From: Sphaerodactylus townsendi
Taxonomy: Eukaryota
Assembly: GCF_021028975.2 (NCBI RefSeq)
Contig: NC_059430.1
Coordinates: forward strand, 11,036,001-11,100,000
Direction: 5' to 3'
DNA length: 64,000 bases
A program made the position numbers and the translations under genes. The notes beneath the pieces were generated by a model that did not search any database, had not been told where the DNA came from, and worked only from the letters and a program-made list of their open reading frames with translations. Positions 1-13,066 of this stretch are shown here, piece by piece. Within the stretch, counting starts at the first letter, position 1, and each line of letters begins with the position of its first letter.

Positions 1-382
1 TCGATCTTGTTGGGTTGCAGAACCAAACCACACAGTTATAGAGGTGCAGATGACAGACTCAATGATTCCTCTGTAGAATGCTCGAAGTGATGCTCGAAGG
101 TATGCTCGAAGGTAGTGATGCTCGAAGGTAGCAGGAGTAACGTTTGTATAAACAAAATGCAAATATTTTTTGTATAATAATAAAATCAGTATCCTGAAGC
201 AGAATGACAGGGTATTGACAGGAAGAAACAACGAAAATTATTAGTGCACGTTGCCAAATAAGAATTGCAGTTCTTTCTGCTAGTTTTGTGGGTCTAATTA
301 ATTTGGGATCTTAGCCTATTTGTAGAAGTGAAATCCTGTTCTGCAGTGTAATCCTGTTATGACACTGTTTGTTCTTTTGAAG

Positions 383-3300
383 CTTAATCTTGGAGACGAT
401 GTGGTGAAAATTAACATTGACTGGAGCAAGTTTCAGCACACTCCGCCACCCCAGCCCATGTTGCTCTTAAGTGTTCTGCAGCAGCATATTTCAGATTTGC
501 AGGTAAACGCTTTGTTCTACACTTTGAAACCCCAGACTTCAAACAAATCCTTCAGTGGCAGCTTGCGTGCTGCAAAATCTCATCTTCTGTGGTGTCATCT
601 CTGGATAAGGAATGGTGTGGTTGTATTGTGCATTTCAGTCTCTCTTGAATTTCGTAAAGCACTTCAACCTGTTATCTAAAGGGGTTATCAGAAGAGCTAC
701 GCGAATTGCATTGTAGGCTTCTGTGAGCGAGTAGAAGAAGAAGAGTTGGATTTATATCCCTCCTTTCTCTCCTGTAGGAGACTCAAAGGGGCTTACAAAC
801 TCCTTTCCCTTCCCCCCTCACAACAAACTCTCTGTGAGGTAGGTGGGGCTGAGAGAGCTCCAAAGAGCTGTGACTAGCCCAGGGTCACCCAGCTGGTGTG
901 TGATGGAGTATACAGGCTAATCTGAATTCCCCAGATAAGCCTCCATAGCTCAGGCGGCAGAGCGGGGAATCAAGTGCAGTCCTGTTCATTTCCACGTTTG
1001 CGTTATAAATGCAGTACATTTCCATGTGTCGTGGCTTATAATTAGGCAATAACATAGCAGGTGGGTGCCATGTTATGATAATGATTACATGCGTTGGGTG
1101 AGTTATGTGTTTTGCAGAGTGCTTTTGGTGGATCAAGAAATGGCATTATCCCACCAGGAAACATCTTGGTATGCCTCTGCAATTAACCAATTTGTAAAAA
1201 ATTAAGTAATTCATTAGACAGTCAATGTTTCATTTTGTCAAACAACCTATAGCTGTGTTGCATCATTTTCAGTGGACTCCTTAAAAGCTTTCTTACCGTC
1301 AAGCTACGCTACTTGCCCACAGTCTCTCTCTGTTTCTCCTTGGGGAGAAATGGGGATTCTTCTCTGGCGGAGGAGCTAAATCACTTTTTTGCCCGCTTTG
1401 AAACAGGTCTATCAGAAGGAGATGACACACAGCCACCAGGTGATTGCAGCTCACACCTCACTGTGGAGGAACATGAGGTGAGGTGCTCTTGAGGGCTGTG
1501 AATCCAAGGAAGGCTGCTGGACCGGATGGTATTCCCGGTCGGGTGTTAAAGGAATGCTTAACCAACTGGCTGGTGCAAGCTTTATTTCGATCTTTAATCG
1601 ATCTTTATCCCAGTCCACCATTCCATCTTGCTTGAAAGCTTCCAGCAGTGTGCCACTACCAAAGAGACTTCCTCCTGACAATCTTCAGGATTATAGACCA
1701 GTGGCACTCACCCCCATCATCATGAATTGTTTTGAAAATCTGGTCCATATAGGCATATTAGTTCTTTGCCTTCCAGATACATTTTGGATAAACATCAGTT
1801 CACATATCGGACCAATAGGATCTAATGGAGGACGCCATTGCCATTAGCCTCCACACAGCTTTGACGCATCTCGAACAGCAGGGGAATTATGTGCGAACGT
1901 TCTTTTGGCGGACTTTAGTTCCAGATTTAATACAATCTCACCACAAAGACTGGTGACAAAACTTGTGGATCTTTGGTTCCTCACATTCAATCTGTTTGTG
2001 GATTAGGGGACTTCCTTGTCTGATCGCTCCCAGAGGGTTAGACTGGGAAATCCAAGCTCTCAGTTCTTACTCTAAATATGGGAACGTTTACAGGGCTGTG
2101 TGTTGAGCCCCTTTTACTGTTCACCCTTTATACATAAGGATTGTAATTCTGTTCATCATAGTAACACCATTATCAAATTTTATTATGACATTAACGGTGG
2201 TGGGGCTCATCTCTGGAGGGGATGAGTCCTGCCTATCGGAATGAAGTGGACCGACTGCTCTCTCATGTGGTGCAGGGAAAACTAACCTGGTTCTGCACAC
2301 TAACAAGACAAAGGAGCCTTATAGTGGACTATAGGAAGGAATAGCTCAGGAAATTCAGCCCTTGACTATAAATGGAGATCAAGTGGAGCTGCGCTAGTTT
2401 TAAATTCCTGGGCTGCTATGGATTAAAGAGGATTTGACCTGGGGAGTACAGACTATCAAGGGTGAGAAAGCCCAGCAGCAGACTGTACTTTCTGAGACTT
2501 TTAAGGAAGCAACAACTAGATCGAAAACTTCTGGTGTCCTTTTATCAAGAAGCTATAGAGAGCGTCCTAACCTACTGCATCTGTGTATGGTTCTCCAGCT
2601 GCACAGTGGCTAACAGGAAGGCCCAAAGGGTGATCAATACTGCACAAAGGATTATCGGCTGCCCTCTCCCCTCCTTGGAAGAAATCTATAATGCCCGAAG
2701 TCTAAATAAAGCCCAAAATATTCTAAGGGACCCGTCTCATCCAGCACACTCTCTTTTTAAACTCAAGTACCATCTGGCAGACGATACAGGGCCCTCAGAA
2801 CTAGGACAAAGAGGCTTAGAGACAGCTTCTACTCTAGAGCTGTGGCTATGCTAAACTCCGCTGCTTCATATTGATGTATTTGGGGCTATGTAGGGATGGG
2901 TGGAGGATGATGATGTATGAGTCTGAAATTGTATGAGTCTGAAATTGTGTGCATCGAGGAATGCTGCTGTAAATTTCGTTGTGCGTGCACAATGACAATA
3001 AAATGCTTATGCTTATGCTTATGCTTATGCCTTAGCTATTTGTAGAAAAACTCCAGTCTTTGATTAAAGAAAAAAACGTCATGCTCACTGAGGATTCTAG
3101 TAAGGCAGAAGGCAAAACGGGGGAGGCTAATTCAAATGTAACAGAGAAAGATGCGCAGATGGAGGTGCAGGAAACAGCCTGTGCGTCTGGAAGCTCCAAA
3201 GAGGCACATGTGGATTTCAACCCAGAAGTGGTCCAGATAAAAGCTAGAAAAGCTGAGGTAAGTGACTCTGGGGCCGTTTTCCCTCCTTGTCCAGCCAATT

Positions 3301-6300
3301 CTCTCACTTTGAATAGCAATCATAAGAACATAAAAACAAGCCAGCTGGATCAGACCAGAGTCCATCTAGTCCAGCACTCTGCTACTCGCAGTGGCCCACC
3401 AGGTGCCTTTGGGAGCTCACGTGAAGGAGGTGAAAGCAATGGCCTGCTGCTGCTGCTGCTCCTGAGCACCTGGACTGTTAAGGCATTTGCAATCTCAGAT
3501 CAAAGAGGATCAAGATTGGTAGCCATAAATCGACTTCTCCTCCATAAATCTGTCCAAGCCCCTTTTAAAGCTATCCAGGTTAGTGGCCATCACCACCTCC
3601 TGTGGCGGTATATTCCAAACACCAATCACACGTTGCATGAAGAAGTGTTTCCTTTTATTAGTCCTAATTCTTCCCCCCAGCATTTTCAATGGATGCCCCC
3701 TGGTTCTAGTATTGTGAGAAAGAGAGAACAATTTCTCTCTGTCAACATTTTCTATCCCATGCATAATTTTATAGACTTCAATCGTGAACATCTCAATGCA
3801 CGTTGTTCCTGTTACTTGCAGATCGACAGACGCATATCAGCCTTCATCGAAAGGAAACAAGCTGAAATAAATGAAAATAACGTCAGAGAATTTTGCAACG
3901 TTATTGACTGTAACCAAGGTAACTACCCAATCAGGATTTGATTTTCGTAGGTCTGCAACTGTGGTTTTTCACCACTTACTTTAGACATCTCTTTAAAAAA
4001 CTTTTTTGTACAAAAGGGAAAGTAGGTTTTGTGGGTGAGTACAAAAGCTATTCGCTAGACATAATGCAGACAAACACCTTACTTTTCACATCCCCCATGA
4101 TCCTATACTAAGCCGATTCCCAGTGGTTCAAGCTAAACTTAAGTAATTTGCTTAAGCTAAATGCTGTATTTATTCTGATACAGTCCCATTGAGATTCATG
4201 GGGTTCAGCTGTAAAACTGATTTGTAAACCAAACTAGCCTCTTAAGTGAGGTAAGAATTGTATTGAAGAAGAGGTATTCAAAAGGCTTTCGTGGCCAGAA
4301 TCACTAGTGTGTGGTGGGTTTTCCAAGTTGTATGGCCATGTTCCAGTAGCATTTTCTCTTGATGTTTCACCTGCATCTGCAGCTGGCATACTCTAGAGAG
4401 ATGCCAGCCACAGATGTAGGCGATACGTCAGGAGAAAATGCTACTGGAACACGACCATACAACCTGGAAAACCCACAACACACTAGATATTGTATTGTCG
4501 AAGGCTTTCATGGCCGGGTTCAACTGGTTCTGGTGGGTTTTCCGGGCTTTATGGCCGTGGTCTAGTAGATCTTGTTCCTAACGTTTCGCCTGCATCTGTA
4601 GCTGGCATCTTCAGAGGTGTATCACAGAGAGAAGTCTGTTACACTGTGTCTGGACACAGCCCAGAAAACCCACCAGAACACTAGATATTGTTTGTTGAGA
4701 AGGCATCCTGAAAATAGAGGGGAGGAATTAACCTTCCTGTCACTTGTTTTGTAATGAATGTTCAAAATAAATCCAGTGTGGGGTTATATTTGTTTGTTTC
4801 CTACTGATCAAGAGCGTTTTCTCTGGATGACTCTTCAAATTAGCCCCAGAATACCCTTTCTTGGAGAAAATGTATATCAGACAACTAATGTTTGATTCAG
4901 ACATATTTTCATGATGCCCCTAGAAGATAAAGGTGCTGTATTCTGGGATGGAGTAACAAAAACCCTCTGTAAACATTAGCAGCGTTGGCTCTTCTGCACA
5001 TTGTCTGTTCCTGGATTTGATTTGTTAGCCTGTTCTGTTCAGTCTCTAGAATGCGTGTTTTAAAAGAAGTGCTAATTACCAATTCTTTGCCCAATTCTTA
5101 GAAAACAGCTGTGCTAGAACTGATGCCGTGTTCACACCTTATCCAGGATTTAAAAGTCATATAAAGGGTAAGCAGTACTGGGTTTCATTGCTGTCAACAT
5201 ATTAAGTGCGGGGTTTTGTTCTGTGAAATTATTTTGTAAACAAACGCTAAACCACACAATTAGTATGAATAAAAAGGCTCGTTGAGTTTTGCTAAAGACT
5301 TTCCTGGGCAGAATCAACTAGCTGTTGTGGCCGTGTTCTGGACTGCGTGGCCGTGTTCTGGTAGATTTTGCTCTTAACATTTCCGTCACATCTGTGGCTG
5401 GCAATTTCAGAGGCCCTGAACTCCACAGTGTGCCATGGAGAGAAACACATCTCACCTTGACTTGCCTGTTCGTGCGTAAAAATTAATCCTATCCTATCTA
5501 ATTTTAGTCTCTCGAGTTGTAAATACCTACGGCCCTCAAACGAGAAATGAAAACGCTCATGGGTCCAGTCATAAAGTAAACACCCTCCGCGATTGTGGGA
5601 ATCAAGCTATAGAAGAGCGGCTGCAAAATATTGAGGCTCATTTGAGGTTGCACACAGGTTAGTAGAGAAGCTTTGTAATTAGTTCGGATTTTTGGCGTTA
5701 TATAATTCCTGTAAAACATTTTCAGGTTATATTCCCAGATGTTGGTATTTGGTGTGTATCTATATATGGTTTTCCAATATCTCTTCCATTCATGTAACGA
5801 TATTATTTTCCCTCTGAGTTTTGCCCATTCATTCATGCAGTTTCTTATCAGGTCTTGCTCTACTCTTTGCTCCAGTAGTATTTTATATATTGTGGTGGTG
5901 GTGGTTGTTTTGATATTCATTGTTAAAACTCTGTCCATTCCATTGATATTTCCCATCTCTCAATGTCATGCATCATATTGTCCTTTATTTGTTGGTATGT
6001 TATCTCATCACAAGGTTCACCATTTATGTGTATTTCCTCTCTTGATTTCAGCTGTAGTCGTCCATTTAATTTCTTTTGTATGTCACAATAGGTTAGCCAA
6101 GTGTATCTCACTTTTCCATTGGATTGTTGTCTTGCTTCCATTCTTGATACCCATTGTGGTATCCTCACATAAAATATCTTCCTGTATTTTCTCCATATCC
6201 CATAAAGTGAGTTTCTGATATAGTGTATTATAATTTCCTTATTAACATCCACATTTCTGGTAAAATTTGGCCACAAATAATGGCTTTTCTGATGCTGCTT

Positions 6301-7531
6301 CTGATTTTTGAAGGTGGACCTGTCCCAAAAGACATTTATCAAAGAATTAAAAAGCTTGAAGATAAAATTCTTGAATTGGAAGGAATGTCACCTGAATATT
6401 TTCAGAGCGCTGTAAGTAACTCTTAAATAAGTTGAACTTATCTGTTGGATGTAGTCGACAAGAAATGATTGTATTTATAACTAATGAAATATAAAAAATA
6501 TGAACAATGATATAAACTCATGTATATAGATAAATGTATCTGAAATATTAGTTATAGCCAGAGTGCAACAGTAGTGGTAGTTCTATTATTGTTAGTTACT
6601 CATAACATATTTCTTAGCTTGATTTTATTGTTATCCTCCTTTGGAGGCTTTTAAAAGTAGAAGTTATTGAATAAAAGGAGACGAGAGAGGATTTCTTATA
6701 TTGTTATAGTGCTTCACTGTTTATGTTGCGACTGCATGTAAAGATCTACTTACATTTCAGTTTTGTTGATGTTTTGTAGAATTTGTCTGGCAAAAGAAGG
6801 AAAGGCCAACCGAATCAAGTAAGTGCATGAATCCTTGGAACTATACACTGGATATTCAAAGAAGCTCTTTCCATTCCCATTCTCTTCCTCTAACCTGTGA
6901 AGATTAAAAAAAAAATTCCCGCCTTAAGCTAGTTTAAATGTTTTGCCCCCACACACAAATCACACACCGGCCAGCCACAGATGCCGGCGAAACGTTAGGA
7001 ACAAGATCTGCCAGACCACGGCCACGCAGCCCGGAAAGCCCACCAACAACCAGTTGAGTCCGGCCGTGAAAGCCTTCGACAATACATCTCACACACACTG
7101 TTTGTCAGGATTCATAGAGTGTCTCTGAGAAAATGCTAATGCTAGCTCTCAAAATCATCTAATTCCACTTGAGATCTCTATCAAAAGACAGCTTTGGTAG
7201 TGTTTGAGTCTGCTTATGCTGTATTGGCTATGGCCATGCTGTATTGGCCATGGCCATGCTGGCAGGGGCTGATGGGAATTGTAGTCCATTAACATCTGGA
7301 GAGCTGCAGGTTGCAGACCCCTGATTTAGAACTTTCAGTGCAGAAATAATCCCACCACCTTCGTAGCCTATGAAAACTACTTGGAGCTCTTACGAATGTT
7401 GTTTGTGTTTCTTTTCTAAATTACAGAACTATTCTTTGGTTGAACTTGACGAGAAGATCAGAGCACTTAAACAAACATTGCTGCAAAAAACAAACGAGGA
7501 AAGGCCCAAGGTGGTTGATGAGCTTCTCTGA
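383..7531 (+). CDS. MBIP: MAP3K12-binding inhibitory protein 1, coding exons 2-9 (exon 1 lies upstream of the window)
   Basis: Exons 383-502, 3036-3257, 3822-3918, 5102-5167, 5508-5657, 6314-6411, 6780-6818, 7427-7531 (TGA). All have AG/GT ends and compatible phases. The spliced peptide includes LNLGDDVVKINIDW, VVQIKARKAEIDRRISAFIERKQAEINENNVREFCNVIDCNQENSCARTDA and GGPVPKDIYQRIKKLEDKILELEG, which match vertebrate MBIP. AATAAA at ~7642 and ~7882. Confidence 0.96.
735..973 (-). mobile_element. tRNA-derived SINE (Squam3-like)
   Basis: Family body and (CTT)n tail; head truncated. Confidence 0.85.
1342..3029 (+). mobile_element. Rex1/Babar non-LTR retrotransposon, 5'-truncated and frameshifted
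   Basis: Peptide remnants [46 protein letters not shown]; ends in AATAAA plus an (ATGCTT)n tail; flanked by CCTT/CCTT. Confidence 0.9.
3321..3784 (-). mobile_element. CR1 LINE 3' fragment in MBIP intron 3
   Basis: IEVYKIMHG...TRTRGHPLKM...[11 protein letters not shown]...LDSFKRGLDRFM; tail ttcttatg repeats. Confidence 0.9.
4282..4680. mobile_element. Two adjacent Penelope-derived palindromic elements in MBIP intron 4
   Basis: Both begin with gaaggctttc...ggcc; the second is flanked by the duplication ACACTAGATATTGT. Confidence 0.7.
5680..6265 (-). mobile_element. Degenerate L1/Tx1-like ORF2 fragment filling MBIP intron 6
   Basis: A-rich minus strand; peptide IYKILL...WKTIYRYT...NLKMFYRNYITP resembles the L1-clade ORF2 region before the Cys-rich domain. 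Confidence 0.6.
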
Positions 7532-8001
7532 GACCAACACGGTTTCACGTTTCCTTGTATGCTTAAGATTGAGCGGTATTTATCTAGGCACCCAACTGAA
7601 GTCTCATAACTTGTCTGACTTGATGCTAGATCCCTAGCAAAAATAAACTTCAGAATGAAGAGGCTCTGGGAATAACGTTGTGACTGTCTCATCCCTTCTG
7701 CCAAAAGCTTGGCAGAGCCGTTCGTCGCCAGTTGAAGGAACGCTTCAGTTTCTCTCTGTGAAAATATTACACGTTAAATGTCATGTTTGTGGATCTGAAG
7801 AGGGTCTTTGTCACTGTTCTGTCCAGAGGCTATGTATAATGTGATATGTTGCTTGTTCGTATAACTTTTATAACTTTGTGAAATAAATGGAAGTGAATGA
7901 TAGAACTTGGGGGAAATCACTGCAGGTATGAAGATAGATTGAATGGGACTGGGGTTACATAATCAGCGCCTCTTTGACTTGTGTCTCTCATGGCTTGGAA
8001 T

Positions 8002-8457
8002 GAAGAAGAGTTTGGATTTATATCCCCCCCTTTCTCTCCTGTAGGAGACTCATAGAATCATAGAGTTGGAAGAGACCCCAAGGGCCATCAAGTCCAACCC
8101 CCTGCAATGCAGGAACACTCAATCAAAGCACTCCCGACATTTGCTGACCCAGCCTTTGTTTAAAAACCTCCAAAGAAGGAGACTCCATCACTCTCGGAGG
8201 CAGTAAATTCCACTGTCGAAGGGGCTGACAAACTCCTTTCCCTTCCCCCCTCACAACACCCTGTGAGGTGGGTAAGGGTGAGAGAGCTCCGAAAAGCTGT
8301 GACTAGCCCAAGGTCACCCAGCTGGCGTGTGTGGGAGTGCACAGGCTAATCTAGTTCACCAGGTAAGCCTCCACAGCTCAAGCGGCAGAGCGGGGAATCA
8401 AACCCGGTTCCTCCAGATTAGAATGCACCTGCTCTTAACCACTACGCCACTGCTGCT
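8002..8457 (-). mobile_element. tRNA-derived SINE, interrupted by CR1 fragment
   Basis: A-box/B-box head (GGTTTGATTCC) and family body. Confidence 0.85.
8051..8218 (-). mobile_element. CR1 3'-end fragment (different subfamily) nested in a SINE
   Basis: catagaatcatagagttggaag is the reverse complement of the CR1 (ATTCTATG)n terminus; it interrupts the SINE at gagactc|aagggg. Confidence 0.75.
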
Positions 8458-8747
8458 CTTGACAACAGCCAAGTCAGCCCAGAAAGGTTGCGTGAGAAGA
8501 CTGCACAATATCTTTATGCCCCTAATGTCCAGTGGGCATATGTCCAACTCTTTAAATTCTAGAATCACTCCTCGTCTGTATGAGTGGGGGGAAAGGGCAA
8601 TAAATATCTTCCCTTAAAAATCTGTGCTTCAATGCCTGAACATCAATGGGGTATTTTGATCTTTGTAGCAGAACAACATGAGCAGGGTAAAACTACAAGA
8701 CAACTACAGATAAGTACAATAAAGGTCTAACCTTTGTAACATACAGT

Positions 8748-9052
8748 GAGATCAGTTTTGATTCCAGAAATTCTCCAGCCAGTCCCTGGAGGTTGGCATC
8801 CTTGAGAAAATGCTCTGAAAATTAAGTGTGCATTCTTAGCTGGGAAACATTGGGTTAAAGCCATTTCTTTGCCCTCCTCAATGAAAGAATGCAAAGGGCT
8901 CGTTTTCCCACTGATCTCTGCAGGGTAAGGATCAGTTTTGATTCTGGGAAATTTCCAGCCAGCCCCTGGAGGTTGGCATCCTTGAGGAAATGCTTTTAAA
9001 ATTAACTGAAGTGGGCAAATTCTTAGCCGGGACACATGTTGGGCTAAAGCCA
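8748..9052. repeat. Local tandem duplication, period ~180 bp
   Basis: gatcagttttgattc...cctggaggttggcatccttgag...ttcttagc...taaagcca occurs twice. Confidence 0.75.
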
Positions 9053-11823
9053 ACAGTATATGGTATTTCTCTCCCCGTAGCTCCCAATAGAATGAAAATG
9101 ACTGAAGAGGGCCCATTTTCCCCAAGGAAGGTAAAGGAGGAAATCTAACATGACATGTGAATAAAACATACCTTTCATTGCCCCTTTATTGATTTGGGTA
9201 GCATCAGGGTCCTCCTCTTCTGATGCATCTAGTTCTTTTGTTTGTGTGTACTGAAGCCTCAACTTTCAATATTAAAATAAAAAGGGAAACGGTTATCCTT
9301 ACCTGCTTTAGTGGGCCCCAGTGGACGCTGGAGCGGTTCAGCCCGGCCTTGTATCAGAAGTTGCCATCTTGACCTCATCAGGGGTGTACCACCCATGGGG
9401 TCATGGGGGAACCCATGTCCCCGGGCGCACGCCATCTGGTCACGTGGGGTGCAAAATCGGCCCCCCACGTGACTAGGAAGAAGACGGCAAGGCAGCAGGA
9501 AGTCCTTCTGTCTTGTTGTCTTTGGGCGCCCTCAACCCTGCCCATGTCATCATTGACATGGGGTCAAGGGCGCCCACCCACCCTACCCCCTTGCCAGGAG
9601 TCCCTCTGCCCTCCCCTCCGAGGAGGCCAGAAAGACTGCAGGTCTTGGCTGCTGGAGAGCTGCTTTTATAGGCACTGAGGTGGGGGTGGGGCTCAGGGGG
9701 GCGTGGCCATTGAGGGGAGGGCAGAGGGACTGCCGGCTGCTGACTGGGAGCTGGCAAGTGGGCAGGGGTGGAGCCCCATGAGTCAGTGGAGTGGCAGAGC
9801 CCCGCCCCACCTCCAGGGGGGCGCCTGGAGACAATTTGTCTCTGGGCGCCTGTCCCCCCCCCCCCCCCCGGTACGGCTCTGTGAGCAGCCAATGAGCTCC
9901 TTTGTACCCAGCCAGCTCTGTTTTGCACTGAGTACAAGAGCACAGCAAGTCAGGGAGGTGTGGGAAAGAAGAGGATTGTTCAAAGAACTGTTTAAACAAA
10001 AAAAACACCATTCCTAAAAGAGGCCAAAACAAAAGCAGAGGGCAGATCTGGGAAAGGACAGAAAAGGTGAGTTTCTTCCTCCCCCGCCCCCAAGATCTAC
10101 CGCAAAGGGCGGAGGAGCAGGGAAGTCCAAAAACCTTTGCACCCGAGTAACTTCCACAACAGTCAACTGAGCCAAGACACAAAAGGCACCAACTTCTGCA
10201 AGTAGCAGTAGGGAAACCGCGCCGAAGGGGGCTCGTGGGTCCCGGGAAATGGAGGAGAGCCTTGGTGGACACCCCACCCCCCTGAGAAGCACTTTTGCAC
10301 CCGTGCGCACACGCCTTCTCCTCCGGCTGAATCTCGCCCCCGACCAGGTCCAGATGCTTCTCCAGTGGGGCAAAACTAAAAGGGCTCCGCCTCCCCCCCC
10401 ATCCCCAGGCGCCTGGCCGAACCCAGGAGACGCCCCCGGCCTGGCCAGCACCTCCCCCCTCGCCCCTCTCTAAATTGTTCCCGTCTGGCTGCCCCCGCAC
10501 CGTGCGTGGCACTCCTCTCGGCCCTTGGTGGGGGCGGCGGCTACAGGGCTGGCAAACAAGCTGCTGCTGTGGCCGCTGGAGGGTCCGGGCCATTAAAGGT
10601 GCTGGGAGGCGGCCGCAAACACAGGAGGAGGTGGGAGTGGAGGGGGAGCAGCAGGAGAAGGGTTGGCGTGGCCAGGGCGAGCTCGCTGGCTCCCATAGGG
10701 AAAGTGGAGCCCAGGCAAGAAACGCGGGGTGGGGACGGCGAGGAGAGCCCCGCTGGTCAGAGGAGCAGGAAGTGGCCGCCGCTGCTGCTGCTTGGCTGTC
10801 TCCCACCTCCGCCCACCCCCTGCTGGGCCATCTGGAGGCCGAAGGGCACAGGCCTCCTCCCGGTCTGTGCGGCACACACATGGTGCTCCGAGGCCGAGCC
10901 GAGCCCCTCCTCTTTCCTGGAAGTGTGGAGGGGATTTTCCCGCCCCCCACGTGACTTGGCAGGGGCGCGCCTGGGAGAAGCTGCCCCAGATGTCCCCATT
11001 GGCGCTACGCCACTGCGTGGCAGTGGCCCCCAGGAAACTTTGGAGACTCTCTCCTGCAGACATGGGAGTAGGGTGCGCCCTGTAAGAACATGGCAGCGGC
11101 AGCTCCCTAATGGAACGCCTACTGTCAGCCCTCAGCGTTCGATGCACATTGCTTCCCACTGTTGTTTGTTCAAGTACCGTAATTAGGTTTGTTGTAGTTA
11201 ACATGGGACTTATTTGTATAGTCAACTCGGGGCGTATTGTGTCTTTCGGTGGCATGTAATTATAGAGTTTAGCCAGATTGTTGATTCCTTTTGTTATAAT
11301 GATGACAATTAGACCCTTTTGGCTGAGTTAGTATATGTAGTAGTAAATTTGTAGTATCGGTAGCGTAGGATTGTCTTTTAGTCTCAGGTATTTGGAATGT
11401 AGAATTTGATAGGAATTCGCCATCTATTTTTCTCTCTGTTATTATCAGGTTAATTTTGATGATTCCTGTTCCCCTTTTATATTATATTACGTTGTATGGT
11501 GATTATGGTATTATGTGATTATTATGTGACTATGTTTCATTATTATGTGATTACTAATAATACTTTTGATGTCCTTATAGGGATTTGTTATAAGACGCTG
11601 TTTATTATTATAGATGTTGTAACGTGGTAGTTCTGTTCCTATATATTGTGGTATTTATCAAATGTTATTATGTTTGGCTATCAAATATTATTATGTTAAT
11701 GAGGTTTATGTTTTTGTTAATCTGACATGGGAATGTTGAATATTTGTTTATCTGGTTGAAATGTTGTTAAGAGTTTGAAATTATTATTATTATTGCTGAG
11801 ACGATTGTTAGTTTTATTGTATT

Positions 11824-12174
11824 CAGAGGTGGGATCCAGCAGGTTCTCACAGGTTCCCGAGAGTAGGTTACTAATTATTTGTGTGTGCCGAGAGGGGGTT
11901 ACTCATTGGTGATTTTGCCACAATGCGGATTTTTTGCCTTTTAGTTACTGCTCTCCTCCCTTTTCAGCAGTATGTACAAGAGAACCTTTGGAAGCCAGTC
12001 TTAGCAGGAGGCTGCTTCCTTGCCATAGCCCCGCCCAGGAATGCCCCGCCTCGGAAATGCCCGGCAGCCACGCCCTCGGTCATGCCCTCTCACCAGGCCC
12101 CATTGGCGCTACGCCACAGTTTGAATCCCACCACCATGGGAACCTGTTACTAAAATGTTTGGATCCCACCACTG
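11824..12174. mobile_element. hAT-type MITE family A (CAGAGGTGGGATCC...GGATCCCACCACTG)
   Basis: TIRs and 8-bp TSD ATTGTATT. Confidence 0.9.
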
Positions 12175-12610
12175 ATTGTATTGTATTATTATGTATTGTT
12201 ATAATGTATTGTATTGCTATGATGTTGTTCACCACCCCGAGCCCTTCAGGGAAGGGCAGCATACAACTTAAATTTCCAAGTTTAAGGAAAAGGAAAGGAA
12301 CTAAGGTAAGTGTGGGAAGGGGAGCACCATGGGGGGGCGGAAAATATAGACTGTGCACCGGACGCAGTTTGACAGCCCCGGGTAGCATTTTCTGTAGGTG
12401 CAGAAAGCCCCTGTTCTTCCTGGTTATCATGACCTTTATTACCTTTCTCCAACCAGCAACCAGGTCAGCCTGGGTCAAAGAACCTTTTCGTGGAGTCTCA
12501 AGCAATCTCAGCTATATGCCTTTCCAACATAGCAAGCTTTTGGTTTAGGATCCTGGTTGCAGGGAGAAACACTTGTTTTGATTTAGCAAAAAGCAGGAAC
12601 CCTCCCCTCA

Positions 12611-13066
12611 GAAATCTATAAAATTATGCATGGGGTAGAAAATGTTGACAGAGAGAAATTTTTCTCTCTTTCTCACAATACTAGAACCAGGGGGCATCCA
12701 TTGAAAATGCTGGGGGGAAGAATTAGGACTAATAAAAGGAAACACTTCTTCACGCAATGTGTGATTGGTGTTTGGAATATGCTGCCACAGGAGGTGGTGA
12801 TGGCCACTCACCTGGATAGCTTTTAAAAGGGCTTGGACAGATTGATGGTGGAGAAGTCGCTCTATGGCTACCAATCTTGATCCTCCTTGATCTCAGATTG
12901 CAAATGCCTTAGCAGACCAGGTGCTCTAGAGCAGCAGCAGCAGCAGAAGGCCATTGCTTTCACCTCCTGCGTGTGAGCTCCCAAAGGCACCTGGTGGGCC
13001 ACTACAAGTAACAGAGTGCTGGACTAGATAGACTCTGGTCTGATCCAGCAGGCCAGTTCTTATGTG
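12611..13066 (+). mobile_element. CR1 LINE 3' fragment
   Basis: Same RT C-terminus and 3' UTR as 3321-3784. Confidence 0.9.

Noticed and set aside
78-131. Short repeats of TGCTCGAAG as a CRISPR-like array
   Set aside because: Tiny slippage-type tandem duplication without spacers, in a eukaryotic intron.
1342-2760. Dense frameshifts in the Rex1 copy as evidence of great age
   Set aside because: Its 3' end is nearly identical to the intact copy at 34377; the scattered 1-2 bp indels could be uncorrected long-read errors, so age cannot be inferred.
3060-3941. 293-aa ORF reading through MBIP intron 3
   Set aside because: Chance read-through joining exon 3, an antisense CR1 fragment and exon 4; canonical splice sites are present.
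9172-9262. Exon-like minus-strand segment (LRLQYTQTKELDASEEEDPDATQINKGAMK) with AG/GT ends
   Set aside because: No recognisable homology or partner exons, and the nearest upstream donor would give only a 40-nt intron.
9583-11255. Long GC-rich ORFs (455, 226, 220 aa) and CpG-island-like composition
   Set aside because: ORFs are open on both strands, low in complexity and have no recognisable domain. The region contains TE-terminus motifs, so it is most likely a mosaic of GC-rich non-autonomous elements.
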